This document shows, one piece after another, positions 25,601-26,054 of a stretch of 26,054 nt of DNA; positions within the stretch are counted from its first letter, which is position 1, and every line of letters starts with the position of its first letter. Position numbers and translations under genes: made by a program. The DNA comes from Candidatus Poseidoniales archaeon. Its GTDB lineage: Archaea; Thermoplasmatota; Poseidoniia; Poseidoniales; Thalassarchaeaceae. The stretch spans positions 1 through 26,054 of the forward strand of contig JAKUTA010000001.1 of the NCBI GenBank assembly GCA_022447885.1, written 5' to 3'. The notes beneath the pieces are model-generated. The model saw only the letters and a program-made list of their open reading frames with translations. It made no database searches and had not been told where the DNA came from.

Positions 25601-26052
25601 GAGAGCAGAATGCGCACGCTGCGGGGCGGATCATCCTGCTCTCTGACAGCATCGAACGGAGGGTGAGCAGGCACCCACGCAGGCAGGCCTTCTTCGCTGT
25701 TCACCGGAACCTGCTCGTCGAGGTTGAGGCCGTGCACCCCCATGCGTGGGCTGCCCGGCTGACAGAGTTCATGCAGCGGCTTGAAGCGAGCCAGAGCGCG
25801 TAGCAGGCGGCAGCGGAGCGGCGAAAGGGTCGGCGGATGGTCGAGCAGGATGATTCCGTCCAGCGGTAGCAGGCCGAATGGAGGCTCGTCGGCTTCGAGC
25901 GCCTCGAGAGCGGTGACCAGCGCGTGCAGCTGCACATCGGCGTGCATCCCTCCGAGTCCGTCAGCGAGTCTGCGGATGACACGCCGGAAGGCGGACAGCC
26001 CCGGTCCTTCGAAAGCCGGTACATCCTGTTCGCGCAGTGTCCGATTCAGCGC
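22657..26052 (-). CDS. AddB-like subunit: degenerate helicase scaffold plus PD-(D/E)XK nuclease with 4-Cys Fe-S staple (5' end outside window, >1131 aa)
   Basis: WSASRLRSWLTCP, RGLLLHG, RGNIDRV, DLKT, QLALYA and CSYCDVKAIC; degenerate motif V (LLTPSDALGCSADLIIL). The frame of ATG 25947 stays open to the window edge (ALNRTLREQDVPAFEG...), so the true start is outside. The stop overlaps the AddA-like start by 10 nt. Confidence 0.9.
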   Translation of the reverse strand, partial: ALNRTLREQDVPAFEGPGLSAFRRVIRRLADGLGGMHADVQLHALVTALEALEADEPPFGLLPLDGIILLDHPPTLSPLRCRLLRALARFKPLHELCQPGSPRMGVHGLNLDEQVPVNSEEGLPAWVPAHPPFDAVREQDDPPRSVRILLSRWQQAQLATRELVAAWLEDSEPTATAIIIDPGLCERAESWGRSFAELGVRCPTAVTALLDSPAVHWTAELATLATGEEAWSLDRLRGLAMQRTLMLSTDWLCPEQHPTEGDWRPIADIDVLEEVSRGFHLLGGPGALRRWLQALARRPIDSGYVPEHIQNRRHEQTQWWLLSIANRLRPLLRGDDRSVLDEALLVTGCSSGEPLPLPAAAANGDAWLRDLLQNIDWSGWNEHLDGGRQASISGLQHLLQAHAGLRRSQRLIGQQPAADGREWVFELLDLLAGLTFPASDGDDDRVRLLTPSDALGCSADLIILTHLDTGSWDLRPESIPGLADEERAELDILPPDARMRQARHCFHHLLHAASEVVVLDAPDDESGQPAAPLSEWLQKLPVVDEVMLPSFLGHGDVAGLEGDAESAWAVHELTTSASTTSDYLIARPVAVIHRDEGRFEIAVTGGSARDRRQRDGIDLHAARAPASGALNPAALTVPLDEPLMRDRLRRQPLRGSDEQHFLSDSEKHRMVSIERLRLQPKATEDPSPREHASWPTIGLRLPNGRFALSVDPRPLAPSGIAIADNDHRHGFEAKATGTVRHWSASRLRSWLTCPRQAWLKVRLKASQLESLEEDIDNRTRGLLLHGAYAELLCDVLGITLGEERTSFTPHSLAVCGESEAELMQRLLSIVDEHAPWLRRGDGVAAARRLDLVGMNDSEWADWLANPVPIAPVGRFGDLLRAELSLAEASVLALEWSLPRSEEEPGVKLELPDKGKDVPAPILVRGNIDRVELFPHGGGSAITGEQTVWVDEDGVEEVCPLDLDEKEEWNARRLVIIRDLKTLEGPNPGKGGLRHRRDLMEDVQLALYARAWEVCHPGDRVIAVGITEVGERSGHYLEVDPDFIDEVRLLGLGTVGSLVAQVYRQPSEKASSVTSNPFRSWIRHRITAALLASEQASAGLVHPTPRQSSCSYCDVKAICGLAASVGGERQWS

Positions 26053-26054
26053 GG

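Noticed and set aside
25701-26024. 107-aa minus-strand ORF as a separate upstream gene
   Set aside because: Wrong frame; the AddB-like frame stays open through this region to the window edge.

Overview
GC-rich archaeal chromosomal window, inferred to come from Thermoplasmatota and most like Marine Group II (Ca. Poseidoniales). The basis is archaeal L1/P0/L12, RaSEA and FtsZ1, GGAGG/GAGGTGA Shine-Dalgarno sites, and many acidic-tailed proteins. Left to right: (i) ftsZ-secE-[SAP+acidic protein at the usual spt5 position, cut by the window edge] on the minus strand, transcribed divergently from rpl11-rpl1-rpl10-rpl12. L11 lacks its N-terminal domain, and a probable L1-binding autoregulatory hairpin lies in the rpl11-rpl1 spacer. 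(ii) A hypothetical gene, then a membrane-anchored protein, a GIFT/DUF4350-like protein and two tandem SPFH genes. (iii) A minus-strand run: coiled-coil protein, alpha/beta hydrolase, RaSEA, a 2-TM protein, a cbb3 CcoN-like protein that appears to have lost 5 of 6 metal-ligand His and gained a C-terminal SAP domain, and an archaeal YchF/Obg-family GTPase. (iv) A CPBP protease, an M20 peptidase and an AddAB-like helicase-nuclease pair; both nuclease domains carry Fe-S-type Cys staples and the AddB-like gene runs off the right edge. No tRNA, rRNA, CRISPR array or mobile element was recognised. Family calls come from motif recognition by eye, not database searches.
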